Positions 9,706 through 20,200 of a stretch of 63,741 nt of DNA are shown here, piece by piece. The notes under the pieces were generated by a model. The model worked only from the letters and a program-made list of their open reading frames with translations. It searched no databases and was not told where the DNA came from. A program made the position numbers and the translations under genes. The DNA comes from a virus (Duplodnaviria > Caudoviricetes). How positions within the stretch are numbered: the first letter of the stretch is position 1; each line of letters starts with the position of its first letter. The stretch spans positions 1 through 63,741 of the IMG/VR virus record IMGVR_UViG_3300025131_000033. One strand, written 5' to 3'.

Positions 9706-9713
9706 TTAATTAT

Positions 9714-10337
9714 TTAGGGTCTTCTGGGAGTTGTTCCTTCTTTAGATGTGCCCTTGCCTCTGCCTGTGGGCCTCTGTCCAGCCTCCCGCGCCTTCTTCTG
9801 TGCAAGAAGGTGTCCAGCATCAGGGTTCGACCCAGGAACTTTAGCCCTGGTTCGTGCCGCTTCATCTTCTACATCTGCCTGAACTTGCGGATCAACTCCT
9901 CCAGGGCCAGGTTTTGTGGCTGCCACCTTAGAAGCAGGTATGCCCTCATATCTTTTATGAACTGAAGAAAGTTCTCGACCAGCACGTTCAGCAACTTCAT
10001 AAAGAATTCTTCCTATTCTTTGGTACTCAGTCCAAGCTCTTAGTGCTGGCTTTTGTTGTTCCTCTCCTGGTGGTCTTTTCACGGGTAATGGATTCTTAAG
10101 GCGTGCTACCTCTTGTTTTGCAGCCTCTGCCCCTGTTGTGGTTTGGCCCCTCTGACCTCCGTTCCCGTTCCCGTTCCCGTTTCCGTTTCCGTTTCCTCCC
10201 GTGGTTGTCACTCTTCCCCCTGGGCTCGGGTGTGGCCCTTGGGCTTTGGTCCTCATTTTTACTTTTTGCGGCGTGTAACGCTGCGGCGAGGTGCTTTCCA
10301 TTAAAGCTTGTACATATCTATTCATTTTTATATTCAT
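9714..10337 (-). CDS. low-complexity basic protein, probable internal head protein
   Basis: N-terminal ALMES, GN repeat, WTEYQRIGRILYE motif shared with 14054..14926. Confidence 0.55.
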   Translation of the reverse strand: MNIKMNRYVQALMESTSPQRYTPQKVKMRTKAQGPHPSPGGRVTTTGGNGNGNGNGNGNGGQRGQTTTGAEAAKQEVARLKNPLPVKRPPGEEQQKPALRAWTEYQRIGRILYEVAERAGRELSSVHKRYEGIPASKVAATKPGPGGVDPQVQADVEDEAARTRAKVPGSNPDAGHLLAQKKAREAGQRPTGRGKGTSKEGTTPRRP

Positions 10338-10346
10338 AATATTTTC

Positions 10347-11234
10347 CTAATAAGTTGTGAAGGCGGGTGGCTCTTCAATCTCATGAAGAAGTTCTTCTTT
10401 TAACTTCTCTTTTTCTTGTATACTTTGTTGAATCAAAGCTTGTCCATTCAGTTGTGCTCCTCCTCCAGGCGAGGGAAGTGTCCGATATTTTCCACGCACT
10501 TCTCCTAAAATTCCCATAGAAACTGCGAGAGCATATCGTTGAATCCAATTTCTATAGTAAGGATGAAGGGTAGCTGCATCTAAGGCTCTATAAACCAAGA
10601 TAACAGTTTGTGTATTCATAATAGGGGTGGGATATAATTGTAGAACATTACCATTTATAATATCCCAAGCTCCTTCTTGGCTAAGAACTTTTCTAATCAT
10701 CTCTAAGTGAGTTTGCATTAGATAAAAATCAGAAACACTAAAGTTACTAAAGAGGAAATTATCCTGAAAATATTTAATAAAGAAATCAAACTCTAATGAA
10801 CCTGCCATGTTTTGGATACTTAGGAGACTCTTCTTATATACAACATAGCTTAAATTATAGGCTATGTGCATTGGAAGAATATAAGCGTTCACTCCCCCTG
10901 AACATTCAAAGGAAGCCACCTGAGTAGTCCAGAAAGGAGCATGATAATCTAGATTAGTAACAGCTTCATCTATCGCTGTCTTCAGTTGATAGTCTGTAAG
11001 CTCTACTCTAACTACTGGATGCCCCAGCCTAGCCAAAATAAAATCTCTAATAGTTTCTTCAAATTTTGAAAATTCTACAGGCTCTCCTAGAGTAGTTATA
11101 TTTAGTTTACTAGCATCTATAGCTGTAGAATAAATATCTGTGTCCCCTAATAACCTACCTCCATAGGCTCCAAAGGTATCTCCATATCCTAATAACTTAG
11201 GATCAACCCTGGGTGCTGCTGCTAGTCGTGCCAT
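10347..11234 (-). CDS. g13: neck protein (gp13-like)
   Basis: ILARLGHPVVRVELTDYQLKTAIDEA; WIQRYALA...GEVRGKY..LPSPGGGAQLNG. Confidence 0.85.
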   Translation of the reverse strand: MARLAAAPRVDPKLLGYGDTFGAYGGRLLGDTDIYSTAIDASKLNITTLGEPVEFSKFEETIRDFILARLGHPVVRVELTDYQLKTAIDEAVTNLDYHAPFWTTQVASFECSGGVNAYILPMHIAYNLSYVVYKKSLLSIQNMAGSLEFDFFIKYFQDNFLFSNFSVSDFYLMQTHLEMIRKVLSQEGAWDIINGNVLQLYPTPIMNTQTVILVYRALDAATLHPYYRNWIQRYALAVSMGILGEVRGKYRTLPSPGGGAQLNGQALIQQSIQEKEKLKEELLHEIEEPPAFTTY

Positions 11235-11451
11235 TTATTTTCTTTGCTTCTAATGACTCAGTGAAAGACTTTTTCTTTGATCGGCCTTTTTTTTGTAATA
11301 CTATCGTCTGTTTTTTTTCTTTTATAAGCTCAAGATGTCGAGATTCAACGGGGTGGGATGCTTCAAAAAATTCTCCTGGTCTAATCTCAACAATATCATC
11401 ATTAACATAAAGTAGCATATTCCATCTACATTTACTTCTGTATTTATACAT
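11203..11451 (-). CDS. hypothetical protein
   Basis: 82-aa ORF with GAGGG SD, after capsid terminator. Confidence 0.6.
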   Translation of the reverse strand: MYKYRSKCRWNMLLYVNDDIVEIRPGEFFEASHPVESRHLELIKEKKQTIVLQKKGRSKKKSFTESLEAKKINGTTSSSTQG

Positions 11452-11480
11452 AAAACCCTCTAATGTATATAGGAAAGAAA

Positions 11481-11518
11481 AAGAGAGCCAGGGGATTTTA
11501 TTTTCCCCTAGCTCTCTT
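11481..11518 (-). terminator. rho-independent terminator after major capsid gene
   Basis: Imperfect stem AAGAGAGC.AGGGG / CCCCT.GCTCTCTT followed by TTTCTTT on the minus strand. Confidence 0.7.
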
Positions 11519-11539
11519 GTATTATTGCTCTACTTCAGA

Positions 11540-13308
11540 TTAGCGAGGTACGCCAACACTGTTAATTGAAGTATTCCTAGCGAATGGCTGGTAGAGATAG
11601 TTAGCCGTAGGACCAACAATTCTAACAATCCGATAGTACCTGTTGTATGGCTCGATAGTAGCTTTACCGTAACGAGTCAAGATACCCTTCCTAGGCTGGA
11701 AGGTCTCAGGATCAACGATAGTTGGTAACTGCTGGAGAGGAATGTATGGAGCATAGACAAAGCCTGAATCCATAGCATTAGCTCCCTTGTAGCCAACCAT
11801 AATCTCGTCCTGTGGGTACATAGGATCAACATATAGATCGTAACGACCCATAAACTTACCCTTGTACTCAATACTATTCCTACCAATATTGGTAGGACCA
11901 TCTCGCCGCTCTACGCCACCTTCAAGTTTAGAAGCACTCTCTAGAAGTGAACAAACCAGAGGAGAGGTAAGTAGCCAACTACCTGCACCGCGCATGGTCG
12001 TGCGATAAATATCTTGCGAAGCAAGGTTAATTACCGCAAGCAGGTTGGAGTATATTTCTCCAACGTGACGAGGATACATACCTAGATCCGTCTGACTAAA
12101 ATCACAAATGAACACATTCGACTCAGGATTACCGCAAGCAGGTTGGAGTATACTTCTCCAACGTGACGAGGATACATACCAAGATCCGTCTGACTAAAAT
12201 CACAAATGAACACATTCGATTCAGGGATATGAGCCCCTAAGGAAACAGAAGTTCCTGTTCCTTCAGCCCCGTTAAAATCGTAGGTGAACTGAGAGGGAAC
12301 GAATACATTCGATCCAGCAGCACCCTCAATGTCACCATCAGCCCTGCTAATACCTGGGAAGTGCGATGCATCACCCATACTAATGTAACGATCCTGGTTT
12401 GTATTCAGATTAACTCCACCAAGATCAGTATTGTGAAGACCATAAGCAATCATCCGAACGTCTTCAATGATTTCGCGGTCGATCTCAAGTTGAAGTTCTT
12501 TTGAAAGGAGATCAGTAAGCTCACGCTCTAGATCTAGGTTATGGTACGCTTTAAGGTCTTGTGAAGCCTCAAGAGTCCATAGAGCCCGCATCTTACGAGT
12601 GTTAGCTACGATAGCCTGTTGCTCAATGTGGAAGGTCATCTCTGGAATACCAGTTCCAGCAAGACGCTCACCAGCCGAAAGCTGGAAGCCCATTACAGAA
12701 GAAGTATTGGGCCATGCAGCAATTCGGCCACCCATAGTACCCGATCCAGCACCAGCACCAAAGATCTGAGCACCCGAACCAGCTAGGACGTTAGAAACAT
12801 CGAAGCCACTAGAAGCATAGTCACCGTCTAGACCGATGCCCGTACCTACACCAGTATCAGTTACGAAAGTACCGTCGCCCTCGACAACAGCGTTCGATGC
12901 AGAGGTTGCAAGAGAACCAATAGCAGAAGCTGTTAGGCCCCGATATGTAAGGTTAAACTTGCTGTAAACTGTCTGGATATTAGCTCCAGAAGCTCTGTCG
13001 TTACCAATATAAAATACTTGGCTAACTGGGCCTTGCATAGGCTGAACACCAACAATGCTGTTGGCAATAAGTTCAGGGTATACTCGGCGTACAAGAGGGA
13101 AAGCAAACTTTTGGAAAGTACCAAGCTGACCAGTTGTGGTGGTAGCAGCGGTAATCGCCTCAGAAAGCCTATCCTCTACAATAGATTTAGCTTGGTTCTC
13201 AAGAAGTTGAGCAGTTACTCTACGGGTATATTCGTTTTCGATTCCCTCAAGTACAGGCTCCCATTTTTGGACCAGCTTTTCATCGTGCATATACATTCCT
13301 GTTTCCAT
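11540..13308 (-). CDS. g23: major capsid protein (gp23-like), split into two ORFs by a 98-bp tandem duplication; 556 aa once one copy is removed
   Basis: KWEPVLEG, LLENQ, PLVRRVYPELIANSIVGVQPMQGP, TRKMRALWTLEASQDLKAYH, YAPYIPL, DPETFQPRKGILTRYG. Confidence 0.95.
12030..12225. repeat. 98-bp tandem duplication (3 mismatches) inside capsid gene
   Basis: Copies at 12030-12127 and 12128-12225. Confidence 0.95.
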
Positions 13309-13334
13309 AATAAAATAATTCCTTTTTTTATCTA

Positions 13335-13973
13335 TTAAGAGTTGGAGAAAGGCATGAATTTCATGACCTCATCTGTTAAGAACCGATTATCATCAGTTCT
13401 TTCTTCGTTAATCTCCCGATCTGCATTGGAGATAACAATAGCTTTTTCAGATGAGACAAATGCCTCGTCCTTGGAAGCCTCTAAATTTTCAACTTCTTCC
13501 TGAAGTTGACCGTTAACACCCCGAAGCTCTTCAACTTCAGATTCCGACAGCGATACTTTATTGTCTAGTACTTTAAGAGTTCCTTGAAGTTTTTCATTCT
13601 CATCAACAAGCTTATTCACTTGATCAACAAGGACATCAAATTCTTCTTGAAGTTCTCCATAATTACCAGTCATTTCAGTTAACGCATTTCCTTCATCTTT
13701 TTCAGAGAGTTCTAGTGACATCAAAGTTCTTACTGATTCAAATAATCTAGCGTTTCTAAATACTTCATCCTCTTCGGATAATTCAGCAAGAGCTTGTTCT
13801 TTTAATTGATCAATCTTAGTTCTTAAGTAACCATTTACTTTAGCTTCTAAGAGTGATACTTTTTCTTCTACCTGCTCATTAATAGTAGAATCTACCATCT
13901 TGAAAATTTCTTCAACAGTAGATTCATCTAGCCCATCAGGCAAAATTTCTGCAATATTTTTTAATTTACTCAT
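13335..13973 (-). CDS. g22: prohead core scaffold protein (gp22-like)
   Basis: Acidic coiled coil directly upstream of capsid gene; SD AGGAG. Confidence 0.7.
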   Translation of the reverse strand: MSKLKNIAEILPDGLDESTVEEIFKMVDSTINEQVEEKVSLLEAKVNGYLRTKIDQLKEQALAELSEEDEVFRNARLFESVRTLMSLELSEKDEGNALTEMTGNYGELQEEFDVLVDQVNKLVDENEKLQGTLKVLDNKVSLSESEVEELRGVNGQLQEEVENLEASKDEAFVSSEKAIVISNADREINEERTDDNRFLTDEVMKFMPFSNS

Positions 13974-14053
13974 TAGTTATAAATCTCCTATGCATAAGTA
14001 GTTACTACGCTCAATAAATAATTTTAATTTTTTTTTAAAAATGTAGGCGTTGG

Positions 14054-14926
14054 TTAAAGAGTCCCTACTTCTTGCTCCCGATTCAATTGTTCCATTTTTT
14101 TCGCTTCCTCTTCCTCTTCTTTTTTCTGTTTTCTTTTCTCCATATAGTCTTGGGCTGCTTGAACATTCTGTCGTACCGTAGAGCCAGTCTTCGCTTTGGA
14201 TGAGCTACGCCCACCAGTCTGTGCTGCCTTTGTCCCTGCACGCCCAACAGTCTGTGCTGCCTTCGTCCCTGCACGCCCAACAGCACTAAGAACCCTGGAT
14301 CCCACACTCGCTGCCACCCTAGCTGCTCCCGCCGCCAGCGCCCCAATAGCAACTTCATCAACTCTATAGCCCATAGACTCAGCAATCAGCCTGCCGATTA
14401 GTCGGTACTCAGTCCACTCAGGTAATTTACCAGTTGGTCCTACAACCCCTGATCTTCCTGTACTACTTCTACGTCTAAGAGTAGTTCTCAAACTTTGTCT
14501 GCTTAATTTCTGCTCACCTTTAGCAGCAGCTAATCTACCGTGAAGTGCCCTTCGCGCTTCAGCAGCCTTCCCTGCTCTCTCGGCTTTTTCCGCAGCAATT
14601 GCTTCTGGACTCAGCTTCCCTAGAGGAGATGGAGTAACTGGCTCTTCTTCAGCAGTTTCTCGTTCTTCCCTATCTTTTTGTGCTGCTGCTGCCTTTGTGT
14701 CTATCTCTTTCTGTCGTGCCTTAGCATTAGCTTCTTGCCTCTTCATCGCACGCTCTACATTTTTGCTGATACGATCAGCCTCACTCTTATGTAGTAACTG
14801 TTGTGCTAACCTTCTATTGGCAGCACCCCCAGTTATTCCTCCTTGCAGAGTACCAGCTACTCCTTCTGAGATATTTTTTTTACGTATAAAATACCGACCT
14901 AGAGATACATAAGGATCATTAGGCAT
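14054..14926 (-). CDS. charged low-complexity protein, probable internal head protein
   Basis: Between protease and scaffold; NISE site; WTEYRLIGRLIAE motif. Confidence 0.6.
   Translation of the reverse strand: MPNDPYVSLGRYFIRKKNISEGVAGTLQGGITGGAANRRLAQQLLHKSEADRISKNVERAMKRQEANAKARQKEIDTKAAAAQKDREERETAEEEPVTPSPLGKLSPEAIAAEKAERAGKAAEARRALHGRLAAAKGEQKLSRQSLRTTLRRRSSTGRSGVVGPTGKLPEWTEYRLIGRLIAESMGYRVDEVAIGALAAGAARVAASVGSRVLSAVGRAGTKAAQTVGRAGTKAAQTGGRSSSKAKTGSTVRQNVQAAQDYMEKRKQKKEEEEEAKKMEQLNREQEVGTL
14215..14280. repeat. 33-bp in-frame tandem repeat x2 (VGRAGTKAAQT)
   Basis: Direct inspection, one mismatch. Confidence 0.85.
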
Positions 14927-15704
14927 TTTTTTGTGCTCTACCTCTAACTACCTCAGCAATTCTATGCCAATGACCATCAGCCTTTACTAGTTCGAAAGTT
15001 TCATTCTTCTCTTCACATGCAAGTTTTTTCGCTCTCTTTTTAGCAGCCTTAGTGCCACCTTTTATTCCAGAATAACCTCGTTTTGCATCTTCTTCAATCC
15101 AAGGCTTATAAGCTTCACGCATTTTGGACTCAAGCATGGTAACAAAGTTACTTTCTTTCTGTAACTTACTCTGAGTCTCTCTAGCAAATTTAGATTGAGT
15201 AGACTCAGCAATGCCAGGATAAGCTCCTCTAGTTGAAGGATCAGCAACTAGATCGAAGGTTACTAATTTAAAGTCTTCATTAACAACTTTATTTCCTGTA
15301 TGATCTTCGGATAGTGTTCCCATACCCCTTGAAGAGATGCCAATCTTTACTCCACCATTAATTAAGGCTTGAGCGGTAAGCCCAGCAGGAGTCTTAAGAA
15401 CCTCAGCTTCTCCAATAACTTCATTACCTTTCATTTCTAACTTAGTAACTAGATGAGAAGCATTAGAAAGTTTTACAGTCTCATTTTGGGGGTGATCAAG
15501 CTCCCCACATAAGCGTCTCTCAGTTATTAGAGGTTGCAGCTTACTGATTTGTCCTTCTAGAACTGCGGTAGGATAAATTCTTCCATTATTATTAGCTTCC
15601 ATAGCTCTCTGAAATGTACCCCGAATTTTCATCACTCCATTTTTACTGCCCTCTTCAATAACTTGAAGATTTTCTATAATAAATACGTCTTGTAATAATT
15701 GCAT
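14919..15704 (-). CDS. g21: prohead protease (gp21-like)
   Basis: NNNGRIYP, GELDHP, SHLV, LKTPAG, GISSRGMG, FDLVADPS. Confidence 0.95.
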   Translation of the reverse strand: MQLLQDVFIIENLQVIEEGSKNGVMKIRGTFQRAMEANNNGRIYPTAVLEGQISKLQPLITERRLCGELDHPQNETVKLSNASHLVTKLEMKGNEVIGEAEVLKTPAGLTAQALINGGVKIGISSRGMGTLSEDHTGNKVVNEDFKLVTFDLVADPSTRGAYPGIAESTQSKFARETQSKLQKESNFVTMLESKMREAYKPWIEEDAKRGYSGIKGGTKAAKKRAKKLACEEKNETFELVKADGHWHRIAEVVRGRAQKNA

Positions 15705-15705
15705 G

Positions 15706-16161
15706 TTATTTCTTCTTTTCTCCTTTATCTAAGCGACCATCTTTGCCGCCAATCCCTCTTTCTTTTCTTATAGTTCTACTTCCATATTTTTTTGCTAACT
15801 TATCAGACGCAGTTCCGTGTCTCAACATAGTGCGTGCTGCATGCTTTGTAACACTAGCAAAATCTGATGAAGGCGTTGAACTTCCTTTTGTAAACCCCTT
15901 AGCGATCTTTCCTTTTCCACTCTTCTTACCCCACTTTCCTTTGGAAGTAACATACAATCTTCCAGCAGACTTTGTAGACCAAATTTGCCCATAGTAAGTT
16001 TGGCTGAGAGCGTCCTTAATACTTTTATATGTTTTTACTCTTCCTTTTCTCGATTGAGTTATAGTTTTTTTGGCCCCTTCTCTAGATGTATATTTTTCGC
16101 GTCCCTTAATACTTCCTCTTTTAGCTTCATTAAGTACATCTATTGCTGCCAGTATATTCAT
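15706..16161 (-). CDS. very basic hypothetical protein, probable head DNA-binding protein
   Basis: K/R-rich; N-terminal VLNEA resembles a gp21 cleavage site. Confidence 0.6.
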   Translation of the reverse strand: MNILAAIDVLNEAKRGSIKGREKYTSREGAKKTITQSRKGRVKTYKSIKDALSQTYYGQIWSTKSAGRLYVTSKGKWGKKSGKGKIAKGFTKGSSTPSSDFASVTKHAARTMLRHGTASDKLAKKYGSRTIRKERGIGGKDGRLDKGEKKK

Positions 16162-16680
16162 TTACTTTCGAGACCTTCTAGCCATTGCCTGTTTAAATAC
16201 ATCTCTAGAATTTTTAAAATTACTAGGAAGAGTAGCCTTAGTAGAAGATCTATAACCTCTTGCAGATGGTATTTTTACTTCCCCACTAGGCCCAGCTAAA
16301 TTCATACCAATTTGTCCTGTAGTAGTTGTTGCCATAGTCATTTCAGATAAAAGTTCTTTTACTTCTCTCAGAAGACCTAACAATTCATCTACCTTTTCTT
16401 CTGCAATTAAAGAAGGTTCTTTAATTTCTTCCTTCTCCTCGGGATCTGTCCACACTATTTCAGGAATAGCTTCAGCAGGGGGAGAGGTTTGAGGATGGAA
16501 TGCCTCACCTAAAATTTCCTCCATCATTGTATTGGGAATTTGAGTGCCTCTAATATCTCTCCCAGCAGGGGCAGCCTGAGGTGCGTTTCTATCTCTAGAA
16601 GGAGGAAGGGCTTTCCCTTGTTGAACATCCTCTACCTCTCCTTGAATTAGTTTTTCTGCGAAATCTCCTATACTATTCAT
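16162..16680 (-). CDS. hypothetical head-associated protein
   Basis: LSEMTMATTTTGQIG resembles the capsid N-terminal segment. Confidence 0.6.
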   Translation of the reverse strand: MNSIGDFAEKLIQGEVEDVQQGKALPPSRDRNAPQAAPAGRDIRGTQIPNTMMEEILGEAFHPQTSPPAEAIPEIVWTDPEEKEEIKEPSLIAEEKVDELLGLLREVKELLSEMTMATTTTGQIGMNLAGPSGEVKIPSARGYRSSTKATLPSNFKNSRDVFKQAMARRSRK

Positions 16681-16698
16681 AATAATAGAGACCTAACG

Positions 16699-17157
16699 TT
16701 ACTCTTGTTCTAAGCCACTCATAAGAAGATCTTTAAGGGCCGAATCAATTACTTGATCCACTTCCTCTTCATCTTCGTTTAGAGCAGAGAGACGTTCAAT
16801 AAGACCAAGAATTACATCCATATGCTCAACGAGACGCTCTTCATCAATAGCCTCCTCAAGCTGAGAAATACAAAGGGGACAAACATGAACAGCCTCTTCA
16901 AGGTCATCATCGTCATCGCCATTGTCATCCTCATCATCGTCCTTCTTCTTCTTCTTTTTCTTTTTGGACTTGTCACCCTTTTTGCCTCCGAATGCTTTGG
17001 AGTCACCATTCTCTTCATCATCGTCTTCCTCTAGTGGCTTCTGAATCTCTTCAGCTTCCTGTGCTTTACTCTCGGAGAGGGTAATTCCACACTTACCCCA
17101 AGCTGCTGATTCGAGAAGCTTATCACGAAATTCGTCGTTCAATTTAAAATTTTGCAT
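16699..17157 (-). CDS. acidic prohead core-like protein with HVCPLC motif
   Basis: D/E-rich with poly-K/poly-D tract; first gene after CTAAATA element. Confidence 0.55.
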   Translation of the reverse strand: MQNFKLNDEFRDKLLESAAWGKCGITLSESKAQEAEEIQKPLEEDDDEENGDSKAFGGKKGDKSKKKKKKKKDDDEDDNGDDDDDLEEAVHVCPLCISQLEEAIDEERLVEHMDVILGLIERLSALNEDEEEVDQVIDSALKDLLMSGLEQE

Positions 17158-17201
17158 ATCATAAATCCTTTATTCTTTTGGAGATATCTTATCTCTACCT
17201 G

Positions 17202-17208
17202 TATTTAG
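17202..17208 (-). promoter_or_regulatory. putative late promoter CTAAATA heading the head-gene operon
   Basis: TAAATA with upstream A-tracts, similar to the 7541 site. Confidence 0.4.
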
Positions 17209-17253
17209 CAAAGCTTACCGAATAAACTGTTTTTATTTTATTTTTTGTAGATC

Positions 17254-20200
17254 CTACCTAGTTCTAGAGGAAGAACTAGCTTTAGTAGAAGGAACCCCAA
17301 ATGCAGATGAATTAGGACGAGTAGTAGCGGGTGGCAAGACATACACACCTACATCATCAATCAACGACATAACAGGAGCAAACTTATCAGGAAATACGCC
17401 CGTGGATCTTCGTCTATCGAGTTGAGTATGCGTATCCACACCTCCCGACATTTTAGTAGAAGGATATATTGTAATATTTTCTACGAGACCATCCCTAAGT
17501 TTGGGCCACAAGAGATTTACATTCTCTAATGCCACAAATTTATTGAATTCCATAGCACTTAACCTAGAAATAACATCCCATTCTAAAAGAGAAACTCCCC
17601 CTCCCTGTTTTTTAATAACATAATTTGCATTTAACTCTTTAATTATCTCATTAACTAGCCTCAATGTAGTTTTAGTTCTAGAGGGCTTTTGTGTTACGGC
17701 ACTCCCTACCTTATTTCCTACCCTATAACCTGTTTTAAATATTGGCAAGTCGGGATTAAAAACAGCTACCCTAGCATTAAGATCTTCAGAATTTTGAAAT
17801 ACATTAGTAGTGCCCTCATTATATGCATTCTTATACTCTATCCACTGAGTTCTTCTATCTTCGGTAAACTCTTTGTTTAGAGTAGGAGAAGCTGTTAAAG
17901 TACGAATAGCTTTTCCTGTTGAATCTAATGAAGTAAGAACAGATTTATTTCCCTGTACCAAATACTCGTCTCTGTTAGAAGGAAATAAGATATAAGACCA
18001 AGGAATATTTCTTACTAAATTAGGATGATCGGGGTTGGTCTTATTAGTAGCAGGTAAAAAATCTTCTCGCGTCACAGAAAAAGTCCCCGTAGAAGATGCA
18101 TAATAAGCAAATGGATCATCGTAATCAATAAATTGGACCCCATAATTCATTTTATATTTAATCCAATCTTGTACCGCTGCTAAACCTGCGGCTGTAGTAT
18201 AGTCTATCAACTCATAAGCAGCCGTAGTAGATTTTAAAAATGGAGACGCGGGAGATTGTGTAGTATAAATAGATGATAGAACTATTTTGAAAAACATAAA
18301 GTCTGGTAAAGGTGCCTCACCACTTAAATTTAAACTGTAATTATACTCCAAATCCGTGGCATCTGTTGAGGATACAGTTAAAGTTTTTTCTCCTGTTCCT
18401 CCTAGTAAATTTAATATCTGCTGTTGGTATGGTACAGGCAAAGTATAACTGTGGCCTACTTGAGATTTAGCATACAAACGTTTCCCATTAACAATAACAA
18501 AATCTCCGTCATTAAGTGTAAGATTAGCTCGCTGAACCACAACATCATCATCCCCAATATAAAATTTCTTAGCTTCCCCATTTATTACACAAGGGATATA
18601 TTTTCCCGTATCGGTGGCTAGAGTTTTCCAATTTTTAGCTATATCTTTCTGCTTACTGTTAGAAGGAAGAGAGTTGGGATCTAGAGGAATTTTATGTAAA
18701 TCTATAAGATTTAAGGCGGCTATAGTATTAATCACAGGATTGGAGTTGCGAATGATAGGCGTTATATTAGATTTCTGTTGTCCCAAGAGAGTAAACTGAT
18801 CAGCCCGTAAATTATCTATAGTTCCATTAACTACTCTGCTCTTAACAATAAATGCTATTTCCCTATCAGATAATGGAAGACCATCAATCCTAGTTATACT
18901 TCTCAGAGTCTTTAAGAAAGAAGGTTGTAGATTTAAAATAATATTTTGTGTAGTAAGATCAGACAAGGCTCCCGGTCTCCAGTCTTCAAATGTATTATTG
19001 TGTTTATGAATATAAAAAATACTTTTATTTATATTCCTTTTAAAAATATCTGTTCGTAAAATATCATTATCTACTATAGGACCTGTAGTTGGATTTTTGG
19101 ACATAATAGCTGTAGCAGGATCCAATAATCCTGTGGGATAATTCTTTGCTACAAAGGTATTCATTTGGGGATTATTTAAATTTAATACCGTAGTGCCTTG
19201 ACGAGTCTCTTCTATTAGAGGAGCAGTTACAGGCATCATACCTAATCCTTCTGTTAAAGGAGCCCCTTGAGCAGGTAGAGAACCTCCAGCCCCATTTTCG
19301 CTTGGTGTTGAAATGGGCTGGAATGGGTATGTGCCAAGCCCAGGGGGAGTTCCTCCTCCTCCTCCTCCTGACGATCCAGGAGTGCCAACTTTAGGAATCA
19401 CTCCAGTATTAGGAGGAAGGATACCCACAAATTTACCTCCTGCCCCACCTCCTGGAGTTCCTCCTCCAGTAGGACCAGGGGTTTTTACTCCTGGAGCCCC
19501 ACCTCCTGGGACTCCTCCTCCCGAAGGTCCAGGAGTGCCAACTTTAGGAATCACTCCAGTATTAGGAGGAAGGATACCCACAAATTTACCTCCTGCCCCA
19601 CCTCCTGGAGTTCCTCCTCCAGTAGGACCAGGGGTTTTTACTCCTGGGTTCGTACCTCCTGCCCCACCTCCTGGAGTTCCTCCTCCAGTAGGACCAGGGG
19701 TTTTTACTCCTGGGTTCCACCCTCCTGCGCCTCCTGGCACTCCTCCTCCAGTAGGACCAGGGGTTTTTACTCCTGGGTTCCACCCTCCTGCCCCACCTCC
19801 TGGTTCGGGAGGATCTGGCTGAATCCTTCCAAATTTACCCCCACCAGTTCGGTCGTACCGAGGAGTAAATGGTCCTTCAGGTGCCTTACATGCTACAACA
19901 CACGCCCCTTTTGTCTTGTGTGCTCCAGCGGGAGGAGGTTGATCTACATCAATATTTACAGGTTTACACCTCCAATTAGGGGCACCTGTACACAACCACC
20001 AAGTTACAGTCCGTGGAGTCAGAGGACCACCACCCCCTCCAGGAGGAGTACCACCACCACTACCTCCCCCACCAGTTTTAGGTGCAACCGCGCCTACACA
20101 ATGGATTATGCACTGCTCTCTGGACTTATACCCTCCAGGAGGAGGGGGGAGTTCAATACTCTGTGTTATGCCATCACACCTCCACTGAGGAGGGCCTGTA

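Noticed and set aside
11540-12115. Separate second capsid or vertex (gp24-like) gene
   Set aside because: It is the C-terminal third of gp23, displaced by the 98-bp duplication
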